A stretch of 64,000 nt of DNA from Oscillospiraceae bacterium. Its GTDB lineage: Bacteria; Bacillota; Clostridia; Oscillospirales; Acutalibacteraceae. The stretch is taken from contig JAITRE010000029.1 of the NCBI GenBank assembly GCA_031288555.1, positions 3,621 to 67,620 on the forward strand, read 5' to 3'. Under the pieces are notes generated by a model, which was not told the DNA's origin, did not search any database, and saw only the letters and a program-made list of their open reading frames with translations. Each line of letters begins with the position of its first letter. Position 1 is the first letter of the stretch. The position numbers and the translations under genes were made by a program. Positions 28,512 through 38,172 of this stretch are shown here, piece after piece.

Positions 28512-29549
28512 TTGAATAAAACTTGGGTTATAATTGCAGCAATTACATCTTTTTTTTTAACGTGTTTGCCCGCAGAAAAAATAATTAAACGTTTAACTAA
28601 ATTAAAATATGGCCAAACTATATTAGAAATTGGTCCCTCTTGGCACAAAAAAAAAGAAGGTACTCCAACAATGGGCGGGATTATATTTATATTCGGGATA
28701 GTAATTTCTTTTTCTATGTGCCTTCTTCTAAATTATATTTTTGTTGATAATTTTCTTAACATAAATACTAAAAATCTTTTATCGCTTTTAAAAATTTTTG
28801 CTGGGATTTTAATGGCAATTGCTTACTCAGTAGTAGGATTTATAGATGATTATATTAAAATATCAAAAAAAAGAAATTTAGGTTTAAGTGGAAAACAAAA
28901 ATTAATTTTTCAATTTTTAATAGCATTTGTTTATCTTTTTTTTATTTATTTTATAAAACAATATTTTTCAGACGAGCCATTTAATACAATAGAAATTCCA
29001 TTTTTAGGCAATTATAATTTTGGTATTTTTTATTTTATAATTTGTTCAATAATGATTGTTGGTATAGTTAATGCTGTAAATCTCACTGATGGCATAGATG
29101 GCCTTACTGCATCTGTTACTTTTTTTACTTCTGTACTTTTAATGATGTCTTCATCATTTGTAAATATTTCTTATTTAGATGTAATTTCAGCTTGCCTTGC
29201 TGGAGGGTGTCTTGGTTTTTTGATGTTTAATTTTCACCCCGCAAGAGTTTTTATGGGGGATACAGGGTCTTTATTTTTAGGAGGAATGATTTGTTCTATA
29301 GTCTTTGGGCTTGAAAAACCTTTATTGTTAGTTAGTTCTGGTATAGTATATTTAATTGAAATGTTTTCAGTGGTATTGCAAGTTATTTATTTCAAAGTGA
29401 CCAAAGGCAAGCGACTTTTTAAAATGAGTCCAATTCATCATCATTTTGAAATGATAGGCTGGTCTGAAGCTAAAATTTGCATAGTATTTGGATTTGTTTC
29501 TGTTATTGGAGGAATTTTTTCTTTATTGTATTGCGTTTTTTCAAATTAA
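28512..29549 (+). CDS. mraY: Phospho-N-acetylmuramoyl-pentapeptide transferase
   Basis: TTG start after AGGAGGAAGGTGG. KEGTPTMGGIIF, NAVNLTDGIDGL and GDTGSLFLGG motifs. Confidence 0.93.
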   Translation: MNKTWVIIAAITSFFLTCLPAEKIIKRLTKLKYGQTILEIGPSWHKKKEGTPTMGGIIFIFGIVISFSMCLLLNYIFVDNFLNINTKNLLSLLKIFAGILMAIAYSVVGFIDDYIKISKKRNLGLSGKQKLIFQFLIAFVYLFFIYFIKQYFSDEPFNTIEIPFLGNYNFGIFYFIICSIMIVGIVNAVNLTDGIDGLTASVTFFTSVLLMMSSSFVNISYLDVISACLAGGCLGFLMFNFHPARVFMGDTGSLFLGGMICSIVFGLEKPLLLVSSGIVYLIEMFSVVLQVIYFKVTKGKRLFKMSPIHHHFEMIGWSEAKICIVFGFVSVIGGIFSLLYCVFSN

Positions 29550-29588
29550 AATTTATTAAAATAGTTTTTTATTTTTTTGGAGGCTAAA

Positions 29589-30803
29589 ATGAAAGATAAA
29601 AGAGTTCAAAAAATAAAACCAATTGTTCATAAAAACTTTTTTAAAAATTCAAATTTTAAAATTAAAAAAAGAAAAAAAACTTTTGGCGAAAGTGTAAGAA
29701 TTTTTTCAACAAGATCTGGAATAGACTTAGTTTTCTGCACAATAACACTTGTATTATTAGCAATAGGACTTGTTATGTTATTTTCGGCTTCATTTTTTAA
29801 TGCTTATCATTATCAAAAAGGTGATAGTTATTTTTTTATAAGAAGTCAATTAATGTGGGCTGTTTTAGGAATTATTGTTTTTTTTATTACTTCTTTTTTT
29901 GATTATCGCAAACTAAAAAAAATAGCAATTCCTACATTAATTTTATCTTTTCTTCTACTTATTTTAGTTTTGTTTATGCCGATTAGAAATGATGTTAGAA
30001 GATGGATACCGTTAGGTCCTGTTAGTTTTCAAGCCTCTGAAATTACTAAGTTTGCTATAGTGCTGTCTTTTGCTTATCTTATTTCGAAGAATTTTAAAAG
30101 AATGAGTACTTTTAAGTATGGTGTTTTGCCGTATTCTATTATTTTGTTGTTTACAGCGTTTTTACTATATTTAGAACCGCATATTTCTTGTCTTGTAATA
30201 GTAGTTTTGTTGTCTGGCGGAATGCTTTACATAGGGGGAATAAAGCTTAGATGGTTCGGTGTTGTGCTTTCAGCAGCAATTTTAGCGGTGGTTTTTCTGT
30301 TAGTTTCTAACAAACTTTCATATGCAAATGAAAGAGTAATAGGTTGGCTTGACCCATTTAACTCAACTGCTGACACGTGGCAAACAAGGCAAGGCCTTTA
30401 TGCTATAGGTTCAGGAGGATTATTTGGCGTTGGACTTGGAAAATCAAGACAAAAATATTTATTTATACCAGAACCACATAATGATTTTATATTTTCAGTA
30501 GTTTGTGAAGAGCTCGGATTTATTGGAGCTTTGCTTATAATATTGCTTTTTGTAATGTTAATTTGGCGAGGCATAGTTATTTCTATGAGAGCCAGGGAAA
30601 GATTTGGTGCTCTTTTGGGAATAGGTCTTACAGCGCAAGTAGGTTTGCAGGTTATTTTAAATATTTTTGTTATAACAAATACTATTCCTAACACAGGAAT
30701 AAGTTTACCATTTTTTAGTTATGGAGGAACTGCTCTTGTTATGCTTTTAGCACAAATGGGAATTATTCTTTCAATTTCTAGAACATCAAGTATTGAAAAG
30801 TAA
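29589..30803 (+). CDS. SEDS peptidoglycan polymerase FtsW/SpoVE
   Basis: ATG 29589 follows GGAGG. Multi-TM protein with PEPHNDFIFSVVCEELG and LPFFSYGGT motifs. Confidence 0.88.
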   Translation: MKDKRVQKIKPIVHKNFFKNSNFKIKKRKKTFGESVRIFSTRSGIDLVFCTITLVLLAIGLVMLFSASFFNAYHYQKGDSYFFIRSQLMWAVLGIIVFFITSFFDYRKLKKIAIPTLILSFLLLILVLFMPIRNDVRRWIPLGPVSFQASEITKFAIVLSFAYLISKNFKRMSTFKYGVLPYSIILLFTAFLLYLEPHISCLVIVVLLSGGMLYIGGIKLRWFGVVLSAAILAVVFLLVSNKLSYANERVIGWLDPFNSTADTWQTRQGLYAIGSGGLFGVGLGKSRQKYLFIPEPHNDFIFSVVCEELGFIGALLIILLFVMLIWRGIVISMRARERFGALLGIGLTAQVGLQVILNIFVITNTIPNTGISLPFFSYGGTALVMLLAQMGIILSISRTSSIEK

Positions 30804-31228
30804 TTTTAAAATTATTTGTTTTAAAAATTTAAAAATAAATAAACAATTTCTTTATTAAATGCGATTAAAATATTTTTAAAATAAAAAAATTTTTGAACTT
30901 CTGCGAATTAATTTTATAAAATCTTTTATTATCAAAGATTGACAATATTAAAATTTTTGAGTTTTGTTTTGATTATTAAGTTTATAACACAAAAATTATT
31001 ATTTTTTAGCAAAGTTTATTATTAATCAAATAGGATTAATTGACTATAAAAGGCATATTAAATAATTAATTTTTAATTTTATTAAAATTTTTTTAAAACG
31101 ACGACATAAAATGATAAAATAATAACTAAACAGTGGTTAATCTTAAAAGTAGATGGTTCTTTAAGCGCTATTTTTTTCTGCTACATATTTAAAAATTCTA
31201 TTTTTACAATTTGGAGGTGATTTTTAAA

Positions 31229-31537
31229 GTGGGAGTAAAGATCACCCAGGAAGATATTAAATGTACTGTTTTGTTAGAAGGAGACATTGATCATCACAAT
31301 GCACGTTTTATGCGACAATCTATAGATGATTATATCAGCAAAAATCATCCTAAGGTTTTGTGTCTTGATTTTAGTAGAATAAAATTTATGGATAGCTCCG
31401 GAATAGGTTTGATAATGGGTAGGTTTAAGTTTATAAAGCTTTTGGGCGGGGAACTTGAAGTTGTGGGAGCTTCTAATTCAATTAAAAAGATTATTAAACT
31501 TTCTGGTTTAGAGTCTTTGGGAATTATTAAAAAATAA
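31229..31537 (+). CDS. spoIIAA: Anti-sigma F factor antagonist SpoIIAA (STAS)
   Basis: FMDSSGIGLIMGRF contains the phosphorylatable Ser. The likely GTG start at 31229 follows GGAGGTG, although the ORF opens at 31211. Confidence 0.85.
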   Translation: MGVKITQEDIKCTVLLEGDIDHHNARFMRQSIDDYISKNHPKVLCLDFSRIKFMDSSGIGLIMGRFKFIKLLGGELEVVGASNSIKKIIKLSGLESLGIIKK

Positions 31538-31585
31538 AATTTTTAAGTTTTTGATAAATATTTTCACAGAAAGAAGGGGGAAGTT

Positions 31586-32032
31586 TTGAAATTTGTAAAT
31601 GAAATGAGACTTGAATTTATTAGCTGTTCTTCTAATGAAAGTTTTGCGCGCGTTTCTGTATCCGCCTTTGTTTCTCAACTTGACCCAACTATTGCGGAAC
31701 TTTCTGACATAAAGACCGCTGTTTCAGAAGCTGTTACCAATTGTATAGTACATGCTTATAATCAAGATTTTGGAATTATTTACATATCAGTAAAAATTTT
31801 TGAAAATGGTCATATAGTTATTAAAATTAGGGATAAGGGTTGCGGTATTTCAAATGTTGGTCAAGCTATGCAGCCTTTGTTTACTACAGGAGGAGAAGAG
31901 CGTTCAGGTCTTGGTTTTGCTGTTATGAAAAGCTTTATGGACGATGTTAAAGTTACATCTAAACCCAATAAAGGCACGATGGTTACGCTTGAGAAAAACA
32001 TAATAAGACGAACAATTAAAGCAAGGAATTAA
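31586..32032 (+). CDS. spoIIAB: Anti-sigma F factor / serine kinase SpoIIAB
   Basis: EAVTNCIVHAY N-box, DKGCGI and RSGLGF G-boxes. TTG start after AAGGGGGAAG. Confidence 0.9.
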   Translation: MKFVNEMRLEFISCSSNESFARVSVSAFVSQLDPTIAELSDIKTAVSEAVTNCIVHAYNQDFGIIYISVKIFENGHIVIKIRDKGCGISNVGQAMQPLFTTGGEERSGLGFAVMKSFMDDVKVTSKPNKGTMVTLEKNIIRRTIKARN

Positions 32033-32164
32033 TGCTGTTTTTAAAAAATAATAGCAGTGAGCTTAATGTTAAATATTTTAGATTTTTATATTAAATTGTT
32101 TAATTTTAAAAAATTTTGTTTTAATTTTAAAATTTTTAAAGTTATAAAACACTAAGGAAAATAT

Positions 32165-32830
32165 ATGGAAAATAAGTGCCAAAAGAAAATTATTATAAAC
32201 GAAAACATTGGCCTTGTTCATCTTTGTATTAAAAAATTTGTAGGAAAGGGCATAGAGTACGACGACCTTTTTCAAGCTGGGTCGTTAGGTCTTGTAAAAG
32301 CGGCTGCTAAGTTTGATTATACTAAAGGTTTGAAATTTTCTACTTATGCTATTCCTGTAATTTTGGGTGAAATAAAACTTTTGTTTCGCGAAGGTGGTTC
32401 AATAAAAGTTAGCAGAAGTCTTAAATCTATGGCTATTCGTATATCAAGAGAACGCGAAAGTTTTTTTATTAAAAATGGTAGAGAGCCTTCTATTAATGAG
32501 CTTTCTAAAATTCTAGAAACAACCACCGAATTTATAACAGAAGCTATAAACTCAAGTTCAGTACCTATTTCTTTGACTATAGTTGACAATAAAAACAGTT
32601 CGGGTCAAATTGACATTCCCACAGAAGAAATAGAAGAAAATTTATCAGAGTGTATTTCTTTAAAGCAGGTTATAAGCGAATTACAGTCTTTCGACAGGAT
32701 ACTTATAATATTAAGATTTTTTAAAAAACATACCCAAAGCGAAACAGCGAAAATTTTAAAAACTACTCAGACTCAAGTTTCACGACGAGAAAAAATTATT
32801 TTATCAGAACTTAGAAGGAAATTATTGTAA
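32165..32830 (+). CDS. sigF: Sporulation sigma factor SigF
   Basis: DLFQAGSLGLVKAAAKFD...FSTYAIPVILGEIKLLFREGGSIKVSRSLK (region 2) and a C-terminal HTH. It follows spoIIAB. Confidence 0.88.
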   Translation: MENKCQKKIIINENIGLVHLCIKKFVGKGIEYDDLFQAGSLGLVKAAAKFDYTKGLKFSTYAIPVILGEIKLLFREGGSIKVSRSLKSMAIRISRERESFFIKNGREPSINELSKILETTTEFITEAINSSSVPISLTIVDNKNSSGQIDIPTEEIEENLSECISLKQVISELQSFDRILIILRFFKKHTQSETAKILKTTQTQVSRREKIILSELRRKLL

Positions 32831-32871
32831 TTAACATAACAAAAAGTAAACATAACAAAACTCATTTAACT

Positions 32872-32947
32872 TGGTGAGCCATCGGAGATTCGAACTCCGG
32901 ACACCTTGATTAAAAGTCAAGTGCTCTACCAACTGAGCTAATGGCTC
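32872..32947 (-). tRNA. tRNA-Lys (anticodon UUU), CCA encoded
   Basis: Reverse complement GAGCCATTAGCTCAGTTGGTAGAGCACTTGACTTTTAATCAAG...GGCTCACCA folds as a cloverleaf. Confidence 0.9.
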
Positions 32948-32969
32948 TTACATAAAACTTAATTTGTTT

Positions 32970-33044
32970 TGGCTGGGGTGGATGGACTCGAACCAACGAA
33001 TGACGGAGTCAAAGTCCGTTGCCTTACCACTTGGCTACACCCCA
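32970..33044 (-). tRNA. tRNA-Gln (UUG), CCA encoded
   Basis: Reverse complement TGGGGTGTAGCCAAGTGGTAAGGCAACGGACTTTGACTCCGT...CCCCAGCCA. Confidence 0.9.
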
Positions 33045-33066
33045 CAATATTTACCACCCTTGGGCT

Positions 33067-33144
33067 TGGGGTGGGTAATCGGATTTGAACCGACGGTCTC
33101 CAGTGCCACAAACTGGCGCTTTAACCAGCTAAGCTATACCCACC
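33067..33144 (-). tRNA. tRNA-His (GUG) with G-1, CCA encoded
   Basis: Reverse complement GGTGGGTATAGCTTAGCTGGTTAAAGCGCCAGTTTGTGGCACTGG...ACCCACCCCA. Confidence 0.88.
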
Positions 33145-33188
33145 AAGTATTTTTAACATTTAATTAAAATATATGCGGTGTGATATTA

Positions 33189-33265
33189 TGGTGCGCCAAA
33201 AGGGATTCGAACCCCTGGCCTACTGCTTAGAAGGCAGTTGCTCTATCCAGCTGAGCTATTGGCGC
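33189..33265 (-). tRNA. tRNA-Arg (UCU), CCA encoded
   Basis: Reverse complement GCGCCAATAGCTCAGCTGGATAGAGCAACTGCCTTCTAAGCAGT...TTGGCGCACCA. Confidence 0.88.
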
Positions 33266-33277
33266 AATTAAAACACC

Positions 33278-33351
<74 letters not shown>

Positions 33352-33789
33352 TAATTTTTAAAAAGCAAGTTTACCCTTTAACTAATCTACCAATTATTCG
33401 TAATTTTAACATACAACTAAAGAAAAAGTCAACTTTTGTTTTAATAAAAGTTAAAAATTTTTTAAAACATTGTACTTTTTATTTAAAATTAATTTGTTGT
33501 TTTATCTTTTAATTAAATACAATGAAAATTATAGAAATTTGTCATTAAAATTATTTTTAGATTTTACAAAGAGCAGATAATTGTAAATTTTATTTTAATA
33601 TCCAGTATAAAGAGTTTTGTTTAATTTAAAATTTTTAAATATGTTTATTAAAATTTAGTTTTTATATAAAAAAATAAAAAGAAGTATTATTTTTAAAGTT
33701 GATTAACTATAATATAATATATTTGTTGTCAATGAATGTTAGTTCACCGGTCTTTAAATTTTGAACCTGAAAAACTTAGAGGGATAGTG

Positions 33790-34929
33790 ATGAAATTGAT
33801 AAAAAAAACGTTAGCTATTCTTTGTTCATTTCAATTTTTATTTTTTTCTATAACTAATAAAGTTTTAGCTTTTGAAGAAAAAAATATTACTGCTCCATCG
33901 GCAGTTTTGTTAGATTTTGCTAGTGGTAGAGTTCTTTTTGAAAAAAAGTCCCACGAAAGAATGTTTTGTGCTTCTCTTGGTAAAATAATGACTCTTTTAC
34001 TAGCTATGGAAGCTTTAGAAAATGGTAAAATAACCTTAAATGACACTGTTATAGCTAATGAAAATGTAGATTCTATCACAGGTGCTCATGTTTTTATAAA
34101 ATCTGGCGATAAATTATCGGTTGAAGATTTAATAAAGGCTGTTGCTGTGACTTCAGCAAACGATGCAGAAATTGTTCTTGCAGATCATATAGCAGGAAGT
34201 GAAAATGATTTTGTTAGTGAGATGCAAGAAAAAGCTAGTGAATTAGGTTTGCAAGATACGATTTTTAAAAACTGCAATGGCGTTGAAGAAGAAGGACAAT
34301 TTTCGAGCGCACATGATATAGCTTTAATTACACAAGAACTTTTAAAATATCCAAAAATCCTTGATTATACTTCGATTTGGATGGATAATATAAGAGATGG
34401 AAAAACTCAAATTGTTAGTTCAAACAAACTTTTAAAAAATTACCACGGTGTTAATGGAATTAAAACTGGAACTACCGATAAAGCCGGATCTTGCATTTCA
34501 GCTTCTGCTACAAATAATAATTTTACTCTTGTAGCTGTAGTTTTAGGTTGTAAAACAGGAACTGATCGTTTTAACGATGCAGTAAGACTTTTTGATTATG
34601 GGTTTAAAAATTTTTCTTGTTTTATTCCGGAAAAACAAAGTTTACCTTTTGTAAAAGTGATTTCAGGTACGAAGGAATTTGTTTGCGCAAAGGTGGTCTC
34701 TTGTAATTTTTTGGTTCCTTTTGGCAAAGAAAAAAACATAACAACTGAAATTGAAATTTTTGATAATATAGAAGCTCCTGTAGAAATTCATCAGAGTTTA
34801 GGAAAAGTTATTTTTAAATTGGAAAATGTTGTTTTAGGAGAGAGCAATATAGTAGCTCTTGATAATGTTTCAAAGTTAAATTTTAGTTCAGCTTTTCGTA
34901 TTTTATTAAAAGAATTTTTAAATATGTAA
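33790..34929 (+). CDS. D-alanyl-D-alanine carboxypeptidase (S11; DacB/DacF-like)
   Basis: Signal peptide with SLGK (SxxK), SANDAE (SxN) and KTGTT motifs. ATG 33790 follows AGAGGGA, although the ORF opens at 33736. Confidence 0.85.
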   Translation: MKLIKKTLAILCSFQFLFFSITNKVLAFEEKNITAPSAVLLDFASGRVLFEKKSHERMFCASLGKIMTLLLAMEALENGKITLNDTVIANENVDSITGAHVFIKSGDKLSVEDLIKAVAVTSANDAEIVLADHIAGSENDFVSEMQEKASELGLQDTIFKNCNGVEEEGQFSSAHDIALITQELLKYPKILDYTSIWMDNIRDGKTQIVSSNKLLKNYHGVNGIKTGTTDKAGSCISASATNNNFTLVAVVLGCKTGTDRFNDAVRLFDYGFKNFSCFIPEKQSLPFVKVISGTKEFVCAKVVSCNFLVPFGKEKNITTEIEIFDNIEAPVEIHQSLGKVIFKLENVVLGESNIVALDNVSKLNFSSAFRILLKEFLNM

Positions 34930-35068
34930 ATTATAAGTTTTTGCATAGAAATTTTAAGATATAGATTTTTAAAATTATAAAATATTTTATGTTGAATTTT
35001 GCTGTTTTATTGAAAATAATTTTTGTTTAAATTAGTTTTTAGTTTAAAATAAATATAAGGAGAGTTTT

Positions 35069-35737
35069 ATGCAAAAACCTTTTAATATACATTCTTTGTT
35101 AGACTTAACAAAAACTATTTCATTTAAAATTTTTGATAATAAAATTTACCCATGGGAAGTATTATCACATTTATCTTCTTTTATTTTTTATTTAGGTGGT
35201 AAACTGTCGTCTGATAAATACATATTCTATAAAGAAAATATTTGGATAGCAAAGAACTCAAGAATTTCTGAGTTGGCATCAATAAATGGACCAACAATAA
35301 TTGATGAAGAAGCCGAAATTCGTCCTTCGGCTTTTATAAGACAGAATTCGATTATTGGCAAAAATGTTGTTGTGGGAAATTCTACAGAAATAAAAAATTC
35401 CATTTTATTCGATAATGTTCAAGTACCTCACTATAACTACGTCGGAGATTCTGTTCTTGGATATAAATCTCACCTTGGTGCAGGAGTTATTCTTTCAAAT
35501 GTTAAATCCGACAAAACGAAGATTACTGTTCACTTGGGTGACAAAAATCTGCCGACTAATCTTAAAAAATTTGGTGCTATACTTGGAGATTTTGCAGAGA
35601 TAGGTTGCAATAGTGTTTTAAATCCCGGCACAATTATTGGAAAAAATTCTGTTGTTTATCCTCTTTGCTCTGTTAGAGGATTTGTTAAAGAAGATTGTAT
35701 TTTTAAAAGTCCTATTTCTATAGTGGAAAAAATATAA
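35069..35737 (+). CDS. Left-handed beta-helix (hexapeptide-repeat) protein, GlmU C-terminal-like
   Basis: Repeated [LIV]G..x.[IV] hexapeptides (IIGKNVVVGNSTEIKNSILFDNVQVPHYNYVGDSVLGYKSHLGAGV). Confidence 0.6.
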   Translation: MQKPFNIHSLLDLTKTISFKIFDNKIYPWEVLSHLSSFIFYLGGKLSSDKYIFYKENIWIAKNSRISELASINGPTIIDEEAEIRPSAFIRQNSIIGKNVVVGNSTEIKNSILFDNVQVPHYNYVGDSVLGYKSHLGAGVILSNVKSDKTKITVHLGDKNLPTNLKKFGAILGDFAEIGCNSVLNPGTIIGKNSVVYPLCSVRGFVKEDCIFKSPISIVEKI

Positions 35738-35968
35738 AATTAATATAAATCTATAAATATTTATAGTTAATAAAAAGTTGATATTAGTAATTTAAAAAAT
35801 TTATTAAAAAAATTTTATTTTAAAAAAATTTTACAGCCTTAAAATAAAATTGTTATGTTTACAAATAATTTTGATTAATCAAGTTAATTTTGTAATAAAA
35901 TTAATAAGTAAAGCTTTTAATTAAACTTTTTTAATTTAAAGCTACAAAATTTAAAGGAGTTGCACATA

Positions 35969-36376
35969 ATGCCAAAAGACAGTAATGACAATGATAATTG
36001 TTGTGTAATTACTTTAGTTGATGAAAAGGGTTTAGAACAAAATTTTAAAATTTTAGACGTAATAGAAAATAATGATGGTAAATTCTACGCTTTGCTCCCC
36101 GACAGTAATTACGGCTTTTTTGTCGATCTTCAAGAAAATTTGATTGGAACTTATGAACTTAAAAGCAAAAATTTTTATTCTTATTTTATTTTTAAATCTT
36201 TAAATGATGGCAGAGAAGAAAGGCTTGTCGAGGTTTTTGATGATATTCTATTAGAAAAAATAGGAAAAATTTTTAAACTAGATAAAGTAGCTGGGATTTT
36301 TTTAAAGAATAAATTTGAAAAAATTTGTGATAAAGTTTCTAAAGAAATAAATAAAGATTCTAAAGATCTTGAATAA
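35969..36376 (+). CDS. DUF1292 family protein
   Basis: ITLVDEKGLEQNFKILDVIENNDGKFYALLP...EERLVEVFDDILLEKIGKIF matches the DUF1292 pattern. Confidence 0.65.
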   Translation: MPKDSNDNDNCCVITLVDEKGLEQNFKILDVIENNDGKFYALLPDSNYGFFVDLQENLIGTYELKSKNFYSYFIFKSLNDGREERLVEVFDDILLEKIGKIFKLDKVAGIFLKNKFEKICDKVSKEINKDSKDLE

Positions 36377-36489
36377 ACTAAGAAAAGTTTAGTAAAATGT
36401 ATTTTAGCACGAAACTTTAAAGTCTATTTAATTTGCGAATATTTAGTTTTTTATAACCCTACAACTTCATAATAGGAGTTTTGCCTCAG

Positions 36490-36612
36490 ATGCTTGGAAA
36501 TAGCAGGCCTTTTATTATTAATTTAATTTTTTATTTATTTCAATCTCAAAAAAGGAAGCGCGAAAACATCTGGGAAACACCACGGTTTTTAAAAGTAGGC
36601 CGGTTATTATAA
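36490..36612 (+). CDS. Candidate 40-aa small ORF (MLGNSRPFIINLIFYLFQSQKRKRENIWETPRFLKVGRLL); may instead be a structured RNA
   Basis: Not in the ORF track (<60 aa). AGGAG lies 11 nt upstream of the ATG. It coincides with the only G+C-enriched island in a 670-nt AT-rich spacer. Confidence 0.2.
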   Translation: MLGNSRPFIINLIFYLFQSQKRKRENIWETPRFLKVGRLL

Positions 36613-37045
36613 AATTTTACGGTTAAATGGATTTTTAGATTTTGTGCTATTATTATTATTTTTATATTTTATATTTAATTTTTACTAATTGATATTTATT
36701 CTAAACGAATAAAAAGATACATATTTAAATTAGATCACCTAAATTTAATGCTGTTAGTTATTTTTTTATGTTTAACTGATGGGGTTATTTTGTAAAAAGC
36801 AGATTAAACTAATAAATTAAATATAAAGATTCAATAATTTAGAAATTAAATTTATTTTGTATATTTCATGAATTTTGTTAAATAATTTAAATAAATTTAT
36901 ATATTAGATTATAATTTATTTTAGAAAAAATTATCTCAAAATATATAATATTTTTTTGCTTTTATATGTAATAAATAGTTGTTTACTTCAAATACTATAA
37001 AAAGAGTTTTTATTCTTTTTGAAATAAAAGTAAAGGAGGTTTAAA

Positions 37046-38116
37046 GTGAAAAAAAAATATGTTGCTTTATTAATTTCTACAATTATAGTAATTTTTTCTA
37101 TAAGTTTTATAGGTAGTTTTATAAAATCTTTAGTTGTTGAAGCAGATGTAATAGGAATAGCTCCTATTTGCATTGATAATAATATAATTTGCTCAGGAAA
37201 AGTAGAATTTGAAGAAAAACAAAATGTATTTGCTGATCGAGTTTGTATAGTAAAGGAAATGCTCAAAAAAGAAGGAGAGTTTATAAATGAAAATGACGCT
37301 TTGTTTGCAGCTTTAGAAGTAGGAGATGTAAAGACAACAAGTTCGAATGATTCGTTAGAAATACCTGATATAACAGAAGATATTAAAGAAAAGATAAAAA
37401 ATTCTTCAGAAATAGGTGATTTACAATCTTTTTATAAAAAAGCTTTAGAGAAACAAAATAATAAAGCTGATACAAACGAAAGAAATAACACTTGTGTGTT
37501 GAGCACGGGAGAAACTCATGAAATTAATTCACCTTGTGCTGGAATTTTATCTTCAGTATTTGCAAAAGAAGGCCAAACAATTTTCCCAGGAAGTCTTGTT
37601 GCAACAGTTGCTAATCCTTCAAATTTGCAAGTAGCTTTAAAAGTAAGCGAAAAACAAATTTCTGAGATAAAATCAGGACAAAATGTTCACATAACCGGCA
37701 CTGGTTTTGAGGGTATGTATACGGGGAAAATAAAAGAAATTTCTAATCAAGCTCAACAAAATTTTTCAAATACAAATTCAGAAGCTTATATAAACGTTTT
37801 CGCTAGTATTAATAAGACCGAAAATAGTCCCATAAAACCAGGCTTTACTGTAAAATGTGAGATAGTTCTTCCTGAATATTCGAATGTTTTGATAATTCCT
37901 TATGATTCTGTAAAGTCAGATGAAGATGGAAGAGAGTTTGTGTTTAAATATGAAAGCGGAAAAGCCAAAAAAACTTATATAGAAACGTGTAAAGAATTCA
38001 ACAAGGGTTTTGAGGTTTGTTCTGGAATTTCAGAGGGAGACATGGTTGTAAAAAACCCAGATATTGTAAAAAAAGAAGGTGTGACTATTAAAGTAAAGAA
38101 TATTTTAGAAAATTGA
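37046..38116 (+). CDS. HlyD/MacA-family periplasmic adaptor (membrane fusion protein)
   Basis: GTG start after AAGGAGG. N-terminal TM helix, barrel-sandwich and beta-barrel signatures (INSPCAGILSSVFAKEGQTIFPGSLVATV; IIPYDSV...). Confidence 0.75.
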   Translation: MKKKYVALLISTIIVIFSISFIGSFIKSLVVEADVIGIAPICIDNNIICSGKVEFEEKQNVFADRVCIVKEMLKKEGEFINENDALFAALEVGDVKTTSSNDSLEIPDITEDIKEKIKNSSEIGDLQSFYKKALEKQNNKADTNERNNTCVLSTGETHEINSPCAGILSSVFAKEGQTIFPGSLVATVANPSNLQVALKVSEKQISEIKSGQNVHITGTGFEGMYTGKIKEISNQAQQNFSNTNSEAYINVFASINKTENSPIKPGFTVKCEIVLPEYSNVLIIPYDSVKSDEDGREFVFKYESGKAKKTYIETCKEFNKGFEVCSGISEGDMVVKNPDIVKKEGVTIKVKNILEN

Positions 38117-38172
38117 TCAAATAAAAAAGGAATATGTAGTATTTAAATAAAAAAAGTAAAGGTTAAAAAAAT

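Noticed and set aside
30804-31210. SigmaH promoter / Spo0A boxes upstream of spoIIAA
   Set aside because: I could not find TGTCGAA/TTCGACA boxes or a convincing RNAGGAWWW-N14-RNNGAAT arrangement, so no promoter call is made.
36460-36620. SRP RNA, 6S RNA, tmRNA or RNase P RNA identity for the G+C island
   Set aside because: I compared it from memory with conserved cores (SRP GGAAGCAGC/helix 8, the tmRNA tRNA-like ends, RNase P GAGGAAAGTCC) and found no convincing match or correct motif order.
36988-37266. 92-aa minus-strand ORF
   Set aside because: It overlaps the start of the HlyD-family gene, which has an excellent AAGGAGG RBS. The minus-strand ORF has no RBS of its own.
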